Of a stretch of DNA of 50,070 nt, positions 1 through 9,772 are shown one piece after another. Every line of letters starts with the position of its first letter. Position 1 is the first letter of the stretch. Below the pieces are notes generated by a model. It was not told where the DNA came from, made no database searches, and saw nothing but the letters and a program-made list of their open reading frames with translations. The stretch is from Candidatus Saccharimonadia bacterium (GTDB lineage Bacteria > Patescibacteriota > Saccharimonadia > UBA4664 > SCTI01). A program made the position numbers and the translations under genes. Location of the stretch: the NCBI GenBank assembly GCA_046597065.1, contig JBKJLI010000002.1, positions 1 to 50,070 of the forward strand. Reading direction: 5' to 3'.

Positions 1-102
1 GTTGGGAATGATCAATACAGCTAGAATGCCGATGATCACGATGACGATCAAGAGCTCAAGCAGTGTAAAGCCAGACTCTCTTTTTAGTAGTTTATGTGAC
101 AT
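1..102 (-). CDS. Type IV pilin-like protein, N-terminal part (runs off the window; not in ORF track)
   Basis: Manual translation MSHKLLKRESG/FTLLELLIVIVIIGILAVLIIPN is a class III prepilin signal (G/FTLxE). Strong SD AGGAGGTGA at 111-119 on the - strand. Confidence 0.92.
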   Translation of the reverse strand, partial: MSHKLLKRESGFTLLELLIVIVIIGILAVLIIPN

Positions 103-232
103 GTGAGTGCTCACCTCCTAATATTTTGCGTTTCTTGAAATAATTTTTACTTATGTATAAAGCATAAGCTTTATTATCGATAATTATGGGCGCCTTGCTA
201 TAACCTGTCAAGCTCGAGTTGGCCAGAGTAGA

Positions 233-1453
233 TTAGACGGCGTTACTAAGCGCCGATAATGGTCCATAAACTGAGATAACAATAAATCCGACCATTCCAC
301 CGAGAACCAGTATTAAAATAGGCTCGATGATTGAAGTGATACCGCCAACCACTGTATCAACCTCTTTCTCGTAAAATGTTGCTAGCTTAACTAAAATTTC
401 ATCAAGTTTACCGGTTTCTTCGCCGACTGCCACCATTTGGCTGACAATAGGTGGGAAAACGTGTAATTGTTTTAACGGCTCCGAAACGGTTTTACCGGCT
501 TTGACGTCTCGGGCAATGACTTCGATAGCTTCTTGAAACACAGAGTTTCCAAGTGCGGTAGAAGTTGATTTGAGTGCATCTAAAATTGATATTCCAGATG
601 CCATTAAAGAACCGAACGTGCGCGCAAACCTAGCTACATTAACTTTCATAATAATTGGACCAAACACAGGCAGGCGTAAAAGTAAGGTATCGAGCAGGTG
701 CTTGCCCGGTTTGGTGCGGAAATAGCGGGTTATAAAAATGCCAGCAACAAATAAAGCTCCAGCTATAAAAATACCGTAGTTTGTCAGCACGTGGCTGATG
801 TTTAACATAAGCTTGGTGTACCAGGGTAAATCGCTGCCAAGCCCCTCAAAAATACTGGCCAGCTTTGGCACGATCACGGTCATCAAGAAAACAAATACGC
901 CTAATGTTACGGTCGTAATCACACCTGGGTAGATCATAGCGCTGCGAACCTTTCCAACAATCTCGGCATCTTTTTCTTGCTGAACCGCCAGGCGTTCCAG
1001 GACATCATCTAGCAGGCCGCCAGTTTCTCCAGCTTTAACCATATTTATATAGATGGGCGAAAAAATATCAGGATGTTCAGCCAGGGCGGCGCTTAGAGTT
1101 GCGCCTCCTTCAACTTTTTTGGCGGCAGCGGCTAAGGCGGCTTTGAGTTTTTTGTTAGTAGTTTGATCTTGAAGAATCGACAACGATTGCACAATCGGTA
1201 CACCGGCATTAATCATAGTGGCAAACTGTCGAGAAAAGATAACTTTATCGGTTAGCTTAACCTTGCCGCCAATTTTAAAGCGACTAAGATTAAAGCCACC
1301 GCCCTTTGCCGCTGTAGCCTGATTTTTAATTAGGATTGGCGTAAGACTCTTTTCGATCAAGCTGGCCGCAGCCGCCGATTGATCACTGGCAGTTAGGCTG
1401 CCTTTATGGATAGTGCCGCTTTTATCGCGAGCGGTATAAGTAAAGCTAGCCAT
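233..1453 (-). CDS. pilC: Type IV pilus platform protein PilC (GspF family)
   Basis: FSRQFATMINAGVP, GETGG.LD, AMIYP, GEETGKLD, IEP motifs; adjacent to pilB and a pilin. Confidence 0.95.
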   Translation of the reverse strand: MASFTYTARDKSGTIHKGSLTASDQSAAAASLIEKSLTPILIKNQATAAKGGGFNLSRFKIGGKVKLTDKVIFSRQFATMINAGVPIVQSLSILQDQTTNKKLKAALAAAAKKVEGGATLSAALAEHPDIFSPIYINMVKAGETGGLLDDVLERLAVQQEKDAEIVGKVRSAMIYPGVITTVTLGVFVFLMTVIVPKLASIFEGLGSDLPWYTKLMLNISHVLTNYGIFIAGALFVAGIFITRYFRTKPGKHLLDTLLLRLPVFGPIIMKVNVARFARTFGSLMASGISILDALKSTSTALGNSVFQEAIEVIARDVKAGKTVSEPLKQLHVFPPIVSQMVAVGEETGKLDEILVKLATFYEKEVDTVVGGITSIIEPILILVLGGMVGFIVISVYGPLSALSNAV

Positions 1454-1455
1454 TG

Positions 1456-3441
1456 CTACTCGCGCGTAACCCTTAGAATCTCTTCGATTGTAGTTTGGCC
1501 CTGCATGGCTTTAACAAAGCCGTCCTGTTGCATAGTTAGCATTCCGGCCTTAATGGCGGCTTGTTGGATATCTTCGCTGGTGGCATGAGAAACGATCATT
1601 TGTTGAATTGGCTCGTCTACCGCTAAGACTTCGTAGATGCCCATACGACCCAGGTAGGCGTTTCCACCACACTGGTCGCAACCCTCGCCGGCCTTGTAAA
1701 GTGCAAACTCGCCGCTTTTAAGTGGTCGAAGCTTGGCTTGATGTAATGCTGCTGGAACTTCGACCTGTTTGGCGCTTAAGGCTATTTCGGCTTCAGCTGC
1801 CTTGGCGGCTTTTGCGTCGGCAGCACTGCGGTTAAGAATGTTCGGATCAGAGGCGATCTTATCTAGTATTGACTTACTGGCATCAATTTTATGGCTTGGC
1901 TGCAGCACTTTTTTTCGGTGCTTGGGGTCGATGGATGCTTCTGACTCCGGTTCGCTATCCTCAACCGGCCTACTGGCATTAGGATCAAGGCTGTTTAGGT
2001 ACTTCATCGCGGCAGCGACATCGAAGTCGTCCTTGATGCTTTCAAGTGCTTTACCTTCGGGTATATAGCCAACTCGACAGCTTGGGCAAAGCCGGCGGAC
2101 TAAACGCTGGCCAATCACGGTATTTACAGTACTAGCTATTAAGAAGGGTTCAATGTTCATATCAAGTAGGCGGGGGAGGCAGGTGGCGGCATTATTTGTA
2201 TGAAGCGTCGAAAGCACGACGTGTCCGGTTAGGGCCGCTTGAACGGCTAGGTCGGCAGTCTCACCATCGCGGATCTCGCCCACCATGATGACGTTTGGGT
2301 CTTGGCGCAACAGAGCGCGCAGCCCACTGGCAAATGTCATTCCGGCCTTGGGGTTTACTTGAGTTTGGTTAACTCCAGTAACGCGGTATTCTACTGGGTC
2401 TTCAACCGTCGAAATATTAACACCTGGAGTGTTTAATAAACTTAATACGCTATAGAGCGTGGTTGATTTGCCCGAACCGGTTGGGCCAGTAACTAAAACC
2501 ATGCCGTGCGGTTTATGCAAGCTGCCGGTTATGCCGGCCAAAGCCGCTCCACCAAATCCCAGCTCTTCGAGCGTTAGCGCCCGGGCCGATTCATCTAGAA
2601 TACGCATAACCACCTTTTCGCCATCCATAATTGGCAGAGTTGAAACGCGTAGTGCCACGGTTTTAGATCCGACCGCAAATTTAAAGCGTCCATCCTGAGG
2701 AATGCGGTGTTCATCGATTTTTAAATTCGATAAAATTTTGATGCGCGAAATTACCGCCGCCAGAATTGGCTTTGGCAGAGTCATCATTTCGCGCAATACG
2801 CCGTCGATACGGAAACGAACTTGTACCAAGTTTTCACGAGGCTCAATGTGGATATCTGAGGCCCGCGATTTAACGGCGTATTCCAGGACAATATTGACCG
2901 TTTTGGCAATCGGGGCGTCTTCGGCTAGATCCTTTGCACTAACTTCTTGCTGGGCTTGTTCTTCATCGGCGCTACTATCTTTAATGGCTTTGGTGATTTC
3001 AGAAGATATATTACCCTTGTATTGATCAATTGCCGCTAATACATCATTCTGGCTGGCAAGAAAAATCTTTATATCCTGGCCAATCTGCTTGGCAATAAAG
3101 TCGGCTGCCTGAAAATCCTCTGGGTCGGCCATAGCCAGCTGCAGAGTAGTGCCCTGCTTCCCGAAAAGGACAGCCTGGTACTTTCGGGCAATGCGCTCGG
3201 GGATCTTGATTAGAATATCGCGGGGTATTTTAATATCTTTAAGTTCGACAAGAGGAACATCAATGCTTTTGGCATACAGCTTATGCAGGGCTGATTCGGT
3301 GATAAGTTTTCGTTTGAGAACCGTTTGCAGCAGCGTTTCGCCAGATTGTTCATGTGCGGTTTCCGCCTCTTGAATCACCTCTGGCTTGATTTTGTCGCTG
3401 GAAATCAGCAGACTCTTTAACTCGGTGTCAGATATCCGCAT
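1456..3441 (-). CDS. pilB: Type IV pilus assembly ATPase PilB (GspE family)
   Basis: ASDIHIEP, PQDGR, Walker A GPTGSGKSTT, EDPVE, LRQDP.VIMVGEIRD, His box TGH..LSTLHTN, CPSC/CDQC zinc ligands. Confidence 0.96.
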   Translation of the reverse strand: MRISDTELKSLLISSDKIKPEVIQEAETAHEQSGETLLQTVLKRKLITESALHKLYAKSIDVPLVELKDIKIPRDILIKIPERIARKYQAVLFGKQGTTLQLAMADPEDFQAADFIAKQIGQDIKIFLASQNDVLAAIDQYKGNISSEITKAIKDSSADEEQAQQEVSAKDLAEDAPIAKTVNIVLEYAVKSRASDIHIEPRENLVQVRFRIDGVLREMMTLPKPILAAVISRIKILSNLKIDEHRIPQDGRFKFAVGSKTVALRVSTLPIMDGEKVVMRILDESARALTLEELGFGGAALAGITGSLHKPHGMVLVTGPTGSGKSTTLYSVLSLLNTPGVNISTVEDPVEYRVTGVNQTQVNPKAGMTFASGLRALLRQDPNVIMVGEIRDGETADLAVQAALTGHVVLSTLHTNNAATCLPRLLDMNIEPFLIASTVNTVIGQRLVRRLCPSCRVGYIPEGKALESIKDDFDVAAAMKYLNSLDPNASRPVEDSEPESEASIDPKHRKKVLQPSHKIDASKSILDKIASDPNILNRSAADAKAAKAAEAEIALSAKQVEVPAALHQAKLRPLKSGEFALYKAGEGCDQCGGNAYLGRMGIYEVLAVDEPIQQMIVSHATSEDIQQAAIKAGMLTMQQDGFVKAMQGQTTIEEILRVTRE

Positions 3442-3580
3442 CTTGGGTAAATTATAGCATAAGCAGTAAAAAAAGTCGGCCGACTTAATCTGAATTTAAT
3501 CGCTGTCTGTCATGATGATTTTGGCCCCCGATGGGCAGAGCGGCGGCCAACGGGTGGTAATAAATGGAGGCAAAACTTTA

Positions 3581-4984
3581 ATGCGTTTTCGCTTTTGGCG
3601 TGCATTGGTCGGTTTGGCGATGCTAACACAGTTGGCAGACCCTTTTATCGTCGAAGCGACGGTTTTGACTCCATCATTACCACCCGCAATATTAATTAGT
3701 GAACTCCAAACTGCAAGCACAAACAACGCGGGTGAGGAGTTTGTCGAACTTTATAACGCGTCTAGCAACGATGTGTTGCTTACTGGTTGGACGATTGAAT
3801 ACAAGGCAGCTACATCCACAGATGCGGCTTCAAGTTGGTCAAAACGAGCCAGCTTAAGCGGCAACATTAAATCGCATGGATTTTATTTAGTCGCTGCCAA
3901 AGTCTATTTAACCAATGCAGATGCTGAATGGTCTCCAACCCTAGCTTCGAGCGCAGGAGTAGTTAGAGTAAAGGATGGTACCGGAGCCGTGGTTGAATTG
4001 CTTGGTTACGGTTCGACTGCAAACGTTTTTGAAACGGCAGCGGCAGCGGCACCGGCAGCCGGGCTAAGCCTGGAGCGGCTGCCGGGTAAAACCGATGAAA
4101 CGGCTGGTAACGGGGTTGACAGCGGCAACAACGCTCTCGATTTCGTGGTACGAACCACTCCTCAGCCGCAGTCAATGCAATCGGTATTTGAGCCTAATAT
4201 TGGTGAGGGATCAACCGATCCAACGAGCACTCCAGATACACAGCCGGCAGATGGCCCAGTGCTAGCGCCGCCCCAAATCACCGAACTGTTCGTAAACCCA
4301 GCTGCGCCGCTTAGTGATGATAAAGATGAATTTATTGAGTTATTTAATCCAAATGGTACAGCCTTCAATTTAGCCGGCTACATACTAGATAGTGGCAGTA
4401 ATTTTCATGATAGTTATATTTTACCGGCAACTGTGATACCAGCTAATAGCTATTTGGCCCTGTATTCTAGCCAGACCAAATTGAGCTTGGTAAATGGGGG
4501 AGGCGCAGCTAAGCTGGTCGACCCTCAAGGGGCATTGTTAGACCAGAGCACTAGTTACGGCAATGCACCGGAGGCACAATCATGGTCATTAGGTGAGAAT
4601 GGCTGGGCGTGGACGATTGATGTAACTCCAGGTGCTCCAAATATTCTAGTAATACCGGTAGTCGCTACGACAAATAGCGCCTCAAAGTCGGTATTGAAAA
4701 CTAAATCATCCTCAAAAGCCGCGACTAAGACTGCGGCTAAGCCCAAATCTACGACTAAAACCAAGACGGCCAAAACTGCGACAGCTAAATCTGCAACCAC
4801 CAAAGCCGATAGTGCACCAGTTTCTGCAGCAACATGGTTGATCATTGTGATCGCCACGCTTACCATAGGTTACGCAATCTATGAATACCGACAAGACATT
4901 GAGCGTCTCTACCACAAGCTCAGAGGAAACTCGCAAGATCGGCCAGAAATTAGGCCGGTTGATGCAAGGCGCCGAGATAGTTGA
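3581..4984 (+). CDS. Secreted/membrane-anchored protein with two lamin-tail-like domains
   Basis: GGAGG before ATG 3581; ILISEL..EFVELYN..LTGW and ITELFVNP..EFIELFNP..LAGY..TPGAPN repeats; K/T/A-rich stalk and C-terminal TM helix. Confidence 0.8.
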   Translation: MRFRFWRALVGLAMLTQLADPFIVEATVLTPSLPPAILISELQTASTNNAGEEFVELYNASSNDVLLTGWTIEYKAATSTDAASSWSKRASLSGNIKSHGFYLVAAKVYLTNADAEWSPTLASSAGVVRVKDGTGAVVELLGYGSTANVFETAAAAAPAAGLSLERLPGKTDETAGNGVDSGNNALDFVVRTTPQPQSMQSVFEPNIGEGSTDPTSTPDTQPADGPVLAPPQITELFVNPAAPLSDDKDEFIELFNPNGTAFNLAGYILDSGSNFHDSYILPATVIPANSYLALYSSQTKLSLVNGGGAAKLVDPQGALLDQSTSYGNAPEAQSWSLGENGWAWTIDVTPGAPNILVIPVVATTNSASKSVLKTKSSSKAATKTAAKPKSTTKTKTAKTATAKSATTKADSAPVSAATWLIIVIATLTIGYAIYEYRQDIERLYHKLRGNSQDRPEIRPVDARRRDS

Positions 4985-5372
4985 GTTAATTGGTGATTTA
5001 GGCAGTGGCAAAACCACTTTAGTACAGGGGCTGTTATCGGGGTTAGGTTATGACGGCGAGGCACCTAGCCCAACCTTTACCCTCAGTCGTGTATATAAGC
5101 TCTTGAGCGGCCTAGAACTGCATCATTTTGATCTATACCGACTAGCCGGACACGACCTGGTAAGTGATGAGTTAGAGGAAGTAGCAGGATCAAATGGAGT
5201 AGTGCTGGTAGTCGAGTGGGCCGATCATGGAGCAAGCCAACTCCCCAAAGATAGGGTGACAATTAAATTGGCCTATGGCGAAGACGTAAACTGTCGAGAA
5301 ATAACTGTTTTAGCAGGTGGATCAAAATCACAAAAGCTGATTGAGGGGCTTAAAGATGTACTTAGCGCTTAG
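4881..5372 (+). CDS. tsaE: tRNA threonylcarbamoyladenosine biosynthesis ATPase TsaE
   Basis: GDLGSGKTTLVQG, SPTFTL, HFDLYRL, VEW motifs. Confidence 0.95.
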   Translation: MNTDKTLSVSTTSSEETRKIGQKLGRLMQGAEIVELIGDLGSGKTTLVQGLLSGLGYDGEAPSPTFTLSRVYKLLSGLELHHFDLYRLAGHDLVSDELEEVAGSNGVVLVVEWADHGASQLPKDRVTIKLAYGEDVNCREITVLAGGSKSQKLIEGLKDVLSA

Positions 5373-5748
5373 AACCGATTCCGATCAGGCTCAAATACGG
5401 CTGGTTGATGCCAGTGGTAAGATTGTCGCGAAACGGGATTGGCTAGCCGGTCGGCAGTTGGCCGAAAGCTTGTTGCAAGAAGTGGTTGAGCTGCTTAAAT
5501 CAGCAGACAGTGATTGGGAAAATCTAAGCGGAGTCATCGTCTTTAGTGGTTCGGGATCATTCACTGGTTTGAGGATTGGAATAACGGTGGCTAATACGAT
5601 TGCATATGGGCAAACGGTTCCAATTGTTGGCCAGCGAGATGACAGCTGGCTGGTAGACGGGTACCTGCGGTTGGCAAACGGACAAAACGATAAACAGGTT
5701 ACGCCTTTTTATGGCGCCGAGCCCAATATCACAAAGCCAAAACGCTGA
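5356..5748 (+). CDS. tsaB: TsaB, short form
   Basis: MYLALRT start and GSGSFTGLRIG motif; follows tsaE; about 130 aa. Confidence 0.9.
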   Translation: MYLALRTDSDQAQIRLVDASGKIVAKRDWLAGRQLAESLLQEVVELLKSADSDWENLSGVIVFSGSGSFTGLRIGITVANTIAYGQTVPIVGQRDDSWLVDGYLRLANGQNDKQVTPFYGAEPNITKPKR

Positions 5749-5795
5749 GCTTGACGCAGGGTCTTTGCAAAGCTTTAATTATAGGTACGAATACT

Positions 5796-5906
5796 TTAAA
5801 GACTAGTGCTGATTTCTGCTTTACCGTAGCACGCTGATTACGCAAACAATCTGATACCGGCGACACTTCAAAGTCGGCGTGCACTCGCATCTGCACCTTT
5901 CAGCGC
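5796..5906 (+). promoter_or_regulatory. Putative structured 5' leader of rny
   Basis: GTGCTG/TAGCAC hairpin, then CGCTGA/TCAGCG enclosing CGAC/GTCG and GTGCA/TGCAC hairpins; TTGACG at 5751; SD AGGAGG just before ATG 5928. Confidence 0.45.
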
Positions 5907-5927
5907 TTCTTAACAACAGGAGGCGTT

Positions 5928-7445
5928 ATGGAAATTGGACTAATTATTGGTGGGCTGGTGGCCGGTGCGGCTGGCGGCTATGGCGCCAATGTTTATCGCT
6001 CGAGACAACAAACTAACACAGCGGCGGCAAAAGCTAAGTCGCTGCTTGATGATGCTAATCGTAAAGCTCAAGAGGTAGCTATCGAAGCTAAGGAACAGGC
6101 TTTAAAGGTGGCTGAAGAAAGTAAGCTCGAAGAAAAAGAGCGTCGGGGGCAGTTAATTGAAACTGAAACCCGCTTAAGCCAACGTGAATCAACATTAGAT
6201 AGAAAAATTGACGAGTTAGACAAGCGTTCCGAGGCGTTACGCAAAAGTGAGATTAGCTTGGATGAGCTGAAAGATGATCTTAAAAAACTGCGTACAAAGC
6301 AAGAAACAAATCTCGAGAAAATCGCCAAACTAAGCCGTGATGAGGCTAGGGACAAGCTAATGCAGATGATGGAAAGGGATGCTAAGACCGACCTAATAGC
6401 TATGGTTGAAAAACTTCAAGGTGAGGCTAGCGAACAGGCCGATGAGCGAGCTAAAGAAATTTTGGTGACCGCCATGGAGCGGATGGCTAGCGAACAGGCC
6501 GGTGAGCGCACCATTACAACGGTTCCCTTACCCAGTGACGAGCTTAAAGGAAGGGTTATCGGCAAGGAGGGTCGGAACATTCAGGCGATTGAACGAATGA
6601 CAGGTGTTGACGTGCTGGTAGACGACACGCCTGGTGTGATTGTGCTTTCAAGCTTTGACCCCATGCGCAGACAAGTTGCCCGCCTAACTTTAGAGAAACT
6701 GCTAGCCGATGGCCGTATTCACCCAGCGCGCATCGAGGAACTGGTTAAAAAGTCGCAAGTAGAGGTCGACAAGATCGTTAAAGAGGCTGGTGAAAGTGCT
6801 GCCAAAGAAGCCGGCGTGGTTGGGCTGCACCCAGAATTAATAAAACTGTTGGGTCAGTTGCGCTTTCGTACATCATATAGCCAGAACGTTCTGAAACACT
6901 CAGTAGAGATGGCTAATTTAGCGGCGATGATCGCGGCCGAGGTTGGCGCAGATGTCCGCGTCGTCAAAACTGCGGCGCTACTACACGACTTGGGTAAGGC
7001 GGTTACACACGAGATAGAGGGCCAGCATCACCACATATCGCGCGACTTAGCAGCTAAGTATGGCCTAGACAAAGACATCACCCACGCTATAGAGGCTCAC
7101 CATGATGATATTGAAGCGACAACTCCAGAGGCGGTTATTATCCGCATTGTTGATAGCTTAAGCGGCGGTCGTCCGGGTGCCCGTGGCGATACTATGGAAA
7201 ACTACATTAAGCGTATGACCGAACTCGAAAATTTAGCCAATACATTCGAGGGAGTCCAAAAAAGCTACGCCGTTTCAGCTGGTCGTGAGCTTAGGGTGCT
7301 GGTTGTGCCCGAAGCCATCGACGACCTGACCGCCATTAAGATGGCGCGCGATATCGCCACAAAAATTGAAGCTACATTAAAATTCCCGGGAGTGATTAAG
7401 GTTAATGTAATTCGCGAAACCCGTGCAATCGAGTACGCTAAGTAG
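5928..7445 (+). CDS. rny: Ribonuclease Y
   Basis: N-terminal TM, coiled coil, KH domain (KGRVIGKEGRNI), HD domain (LLHDLGK), RPGAR, AGRELRV, VIRETRA. Confidence 0.97.
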   Translation: MEIGLIIGGLVAGAAGGYGANVYRSRQQTNTAAAKAKSLLDDANRKAQEVAIEAKEQALKVAEESKLEEKERRGQLIETETRLSQRESTLDRKIDELDKRSEALRKSEISLDELKDDLKKLRTKQETNLEKIAKLSRDEARDKLMQMMERDAKTDLIAMVEKLQGEASEQADERAKEILVTAMERMASEQAGERTITTVPLPSDELKGRVIGKEGRNIQAIERMTGVDVLVDDTPGVIVLSSFDPMRRQVARLTLEKLLADGRIHPARIEELVKKSQVEVDKIVKEAGESAAKEAGVVGLHPELIKLLGQLRFRTSYSQNVLKHSVEMANLAAMIAAEVGADVRVVKTAALLHDLGKAVTHEIEGQHHHISRDLAAKYGLDKDITHAIEAHHDDIEATTPEAVIIRIVDSLSGGRPGARGDTMENYIKRMTELENLANTFEGVQKSYAVSAGRELRVLVVPEAIDDLTAIKMARDIATKIEATLKFPGVIKVNVIRETRAIEYAK

Positions 7446-7446
7446 T

Positions 7447-8241
7447 ATGAAGATTCTGTATATTGGCGACGTTACCAGCAAACTGGGTCGCCAAACGGTT
7501 GCCGAAGTGCTGCCAAATTTAATCAAGTCAGAGCAAATCGATTTTGTGATTGCCCAAGGAGAAAATGTATCTCACGGCAAGGGTTTGCAAATTAATCATG
7601 CCGAAGAGCTAGAGCGCTTGGGCGTAGATGCATTCACGGGGGGTAATCACTCATTTGATCGCACCGATGCGCTGGATCGACCAAATGTGGTGCGCCCCAT
7701 AAACGTCGCGCCTAACTCACTCGGATCTGGTAGCCGCATTATAAAAACACCCTTTGGCGATATTTTGATCATAAGTGTTCTTGGCGAAATGGTGGGGAAG
7801 CATGTTGGAGACGATTTACCGAATCCACTAAAGTCGGTTGATGCCGTCCTCGCAGCTCACGCAAATGAAAAGTTTGTGGCCAAAATAGTCAATTTTCACG
7901 GAGATTTTTCGAGCCAAAAAGTCATTGCCGGGCAGTATTACGACGGCAAGTTAACGGCTTTAATTGGTGATCATTGGCATGTACCAACGGCCGACGCACA
8001 AGTACAGCCAAAGGGTACCGCCCATATAAGTGATGTTGGCATGACTGGAGCATTTGATGCGTCGTTAGGTGTAAAAACTTCCTTGATGATTGAGCGTTGG
8101 CTTGATCCCTCGGCAAAGGTTCGTCAGGAGATGGAAGAAGAAGGCAGGCGTCAGTTTAACGCGGTCTTGATTGATGCCGAATTAGCAACTGGGCTAGCAA
8201 AATCGATAAAGCAGATACGAAAAATTCTGCCTGCCCTGTAA
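7447..8241 (+). CDS. ymdB: YmdB-like metallophosphoesterase (TIGR00282 type)
   Basis: MKILYIGD, GEN..HG.G, TGGNH, FHG, H.HVPTAD, DVGMTG; usual position after rny. Confidence 0.9.
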   Translation: MKILYIGDVTSKLGRQTVAEVLPNLIKSEQIDFVIAQGENVSHGKGLQINHAEELERLGVDAFTGGNHSFDRTDALDRPNVVRPINVAPNSLGSGSRIIKTPFGDILIISVLGEMVGKHVGDDLPNPLKSVDAVLAAHANEKFVAKIVNFHGDFSSQKVIAGQYYDGKLTALIGDHWHVPTADAQVQPKGTAHISDVGMTGAFDASLGVKTSLMIERWLDPSAKVRQEMEEEGRRQFNAVLIDAELATGLAKSIKQIRKILPAL

Positions 8242-8295
8242 ACCAGCGGCGTGACTTGGTATCGCCCCGGTGATTTGCTAGACTGAAAGGCAGTA

Positions 8296-8589
8296 ATGAG
8301 GGCTACTGGTATGACCAAGCAGAAGCTAATCGAGGCATTGGCGCGCGATACGTCTATGAGCAAGAAGGACATCGAAAAGGTGCTATCTAGCTTTGCCAAA
8401 ACCGTGGCCGACACTATAAAAAAGGGTGAAAAGGTGGCAATCACCGGCTTTGGAACTTTTGATTTGGGCAAACGGGCAGCGCGTCGAGGAGTTAACCCCC
8501 AGACCGGCAAGGATATTCAAATTCCGGAAATGCCCATGCCTCGGTTTCGCGCCGGTAAGCGCTTAAAAGAGTCGGTCCGGCCAAGTTAA
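8296..8589 (+). CDS. hup: DNA-binding protein HU (start 8296 or 8311)
   Basis: MTKQKLI, GFGTF, RAARRGVNPQTG, P.FRAGK.LKE. Confidence 0.95.
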   Translation: MRATGMTKQKLIEALARDTSMSKKDIEKVLSSFAKTVADTIKKGEKVAITGFGTFDLGKRAARRGVNPQTGKDIQIPEMPMPRFRAGKRLKESVRPS

Positions 8590-8641
8590 CTAGTCGAATT
8601 CAGTTAATTTGGCTATAATTACCAGGTTAAATGTAAATTAT

Positions 8642-8717
8642 CGGGGTGTGGCGCAGTTGGTAGCGTGCCTGCTTTGGGAGCAGGAGGTCGAAGGTTCGAG
8701 CCCTTTCACCCCGACCA
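8642..8717 (+). tRNA. tRNA-Pro(TGG)
   Basis: Cloverleaf; CCTGC-TTTGGGA-GCAGG anticodon arm; encoded CCA. Confidence 0.96.
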
Positions 8718-8725
8718 TTTAACTT

Positions 8726-8800
8726 GCGGGTGTCGTATAGTGGCTATTATGTCAGCCTTCCAAGCTGAAAACGCGGGTTCGATTCCCGCCACCCGCTCCA
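8726..8800 (+). tRNA. tRNA-Gly(TCC)
   Basis: GCGGGTG/CACCCGC acceptor, U73, TCAGC-CTTCCAA-GCTGA arm, CCA. Confidence 0.96.
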
Positions 8801-8812
8801 AAATGCATGCTT

Positions 8813-8889
8813 GCCCCTGTAGCTCAGTTGGATAGAGCAGAGGACTTCTAAGCCTAAGGTCGTAGGTTCGAATCCTACCGGGGGCACCA
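8813..8889 (+). tRNA. tRNA-Arg(TCT)
   Basis: Normal acceptor, D and T arms; loop CTTCTAA; two mismatches in the anticodon stem. Confidence 0.9.
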
Positions 8890-8907
8890 TTAACAATTAG
8901 TTAATAT

Positions 8908-8985
8908 GGCGGGTGTAGCTCAGTTGGTTAGAGCGTCGGTTTGTGGTACCGAAGGTCGTGGGTTCAAGACCCATCACTCGCCCCA
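8908..8985 (+). tRNA. tRNA-His(GTG)
   Basis: G-1/C73, TCGGT-TTGTGGT-ACCGA arm, CCA. Confidence 0.96.
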
Positions 8986-9067
8986 ATGCACTTATGCTTA
9001 TAAGATAACTCAAAACCTTGTCATAAAGTGAAACATGGTTCATATTTATGCATAATAATAAGGTTTA

Positions 9068-9772
9068 ATGAAAATGAAAAAATTGGCAGGATATTTATTC
9101 ATTGCTGGAGCAGTGATTGTAAATATTCCTTATTATTTGCTCATACAAAATTTTAACTACCCAGATATTTTGAGGGAACCTTCTGGACAGGTATTAACTA
9201 AATTTGCTGAGGGTGGGAGTGGTCTAATTTACACTTGGCTAGCCTTTGCGTTGGCTGGTTTTCCATTACTTTTTGCTGTGCTTATTCTTAACAAAGTTTG
9301 GGCAAATAAATCTCGCACACTACTTTCCCTAGCTACAACTTTTGGAGTTATCGGGCTATTAGCTCAACTAATCGGATTGCTTAGATGGGTGTTTGTTGTG
9401 CCAGTAATTGCCCAAGAATATGGCTCACAATCAGCTTCAGAAGCAACTAAAGCTGCTGCCATTATGGCTTTTCAAGCAGTCAATCAATTCGGAGGTGTAC
9501 TTTTGGGTGAATATGTTGGCCAATTGTTCACAATTCTCTCAATGATTTTCTTCAGTTTGCTGATTTTACAAAAAAAGCTCTTAAGCACATGGGTAGCTTG
9601 GCTTGGTTTTATAGCTTCATTTGTATATATATTTTCACAAACAGAGCTAATTCACACGGTTATTGATACTTTCCCAGTTATTGAAATTGCAGGATTACTT
9701 GGAAGTGTACTGTGGATAATTTGGATGATTTGCATGGGCGCGCTTCTCATAAGAGACAAATCAACTAGATAA
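9068..9772 (+). CDS. Multi-pass membrane protein, DUF4386-like
   Basis: F.YPDILR.P..VL..F, GLLRWVFVVP, GGVLLGE motifs; AT-rich; directly after tRNA-His. Confidence 0.65.
   Translation: MKMKKLAGYLFIAGAVIVNIPYYLLIQNFNYPDILREPSGQVLTKFAEGGSGLIYTWLAFALAGFPLLFAVLILNKVWANKSRTLLSLATTFGVIGLLAQLIGLLRWVFVVPVIAQEYGSQSASEATKAAAIMAFQAVNQFGGVLLGEYVGQLFTILSMIFFSLLILQKKLLSTWVAWLGFIASFVYIFSQTELIHTVIDTFPVIEIAGLLGSVLWIIWMICMGALLIRDKSTR

Noticed and set aside
1681-2076. Intein in PilB
   Set aside because: No C/S start with HN end and no LAGLIDADG blocks.
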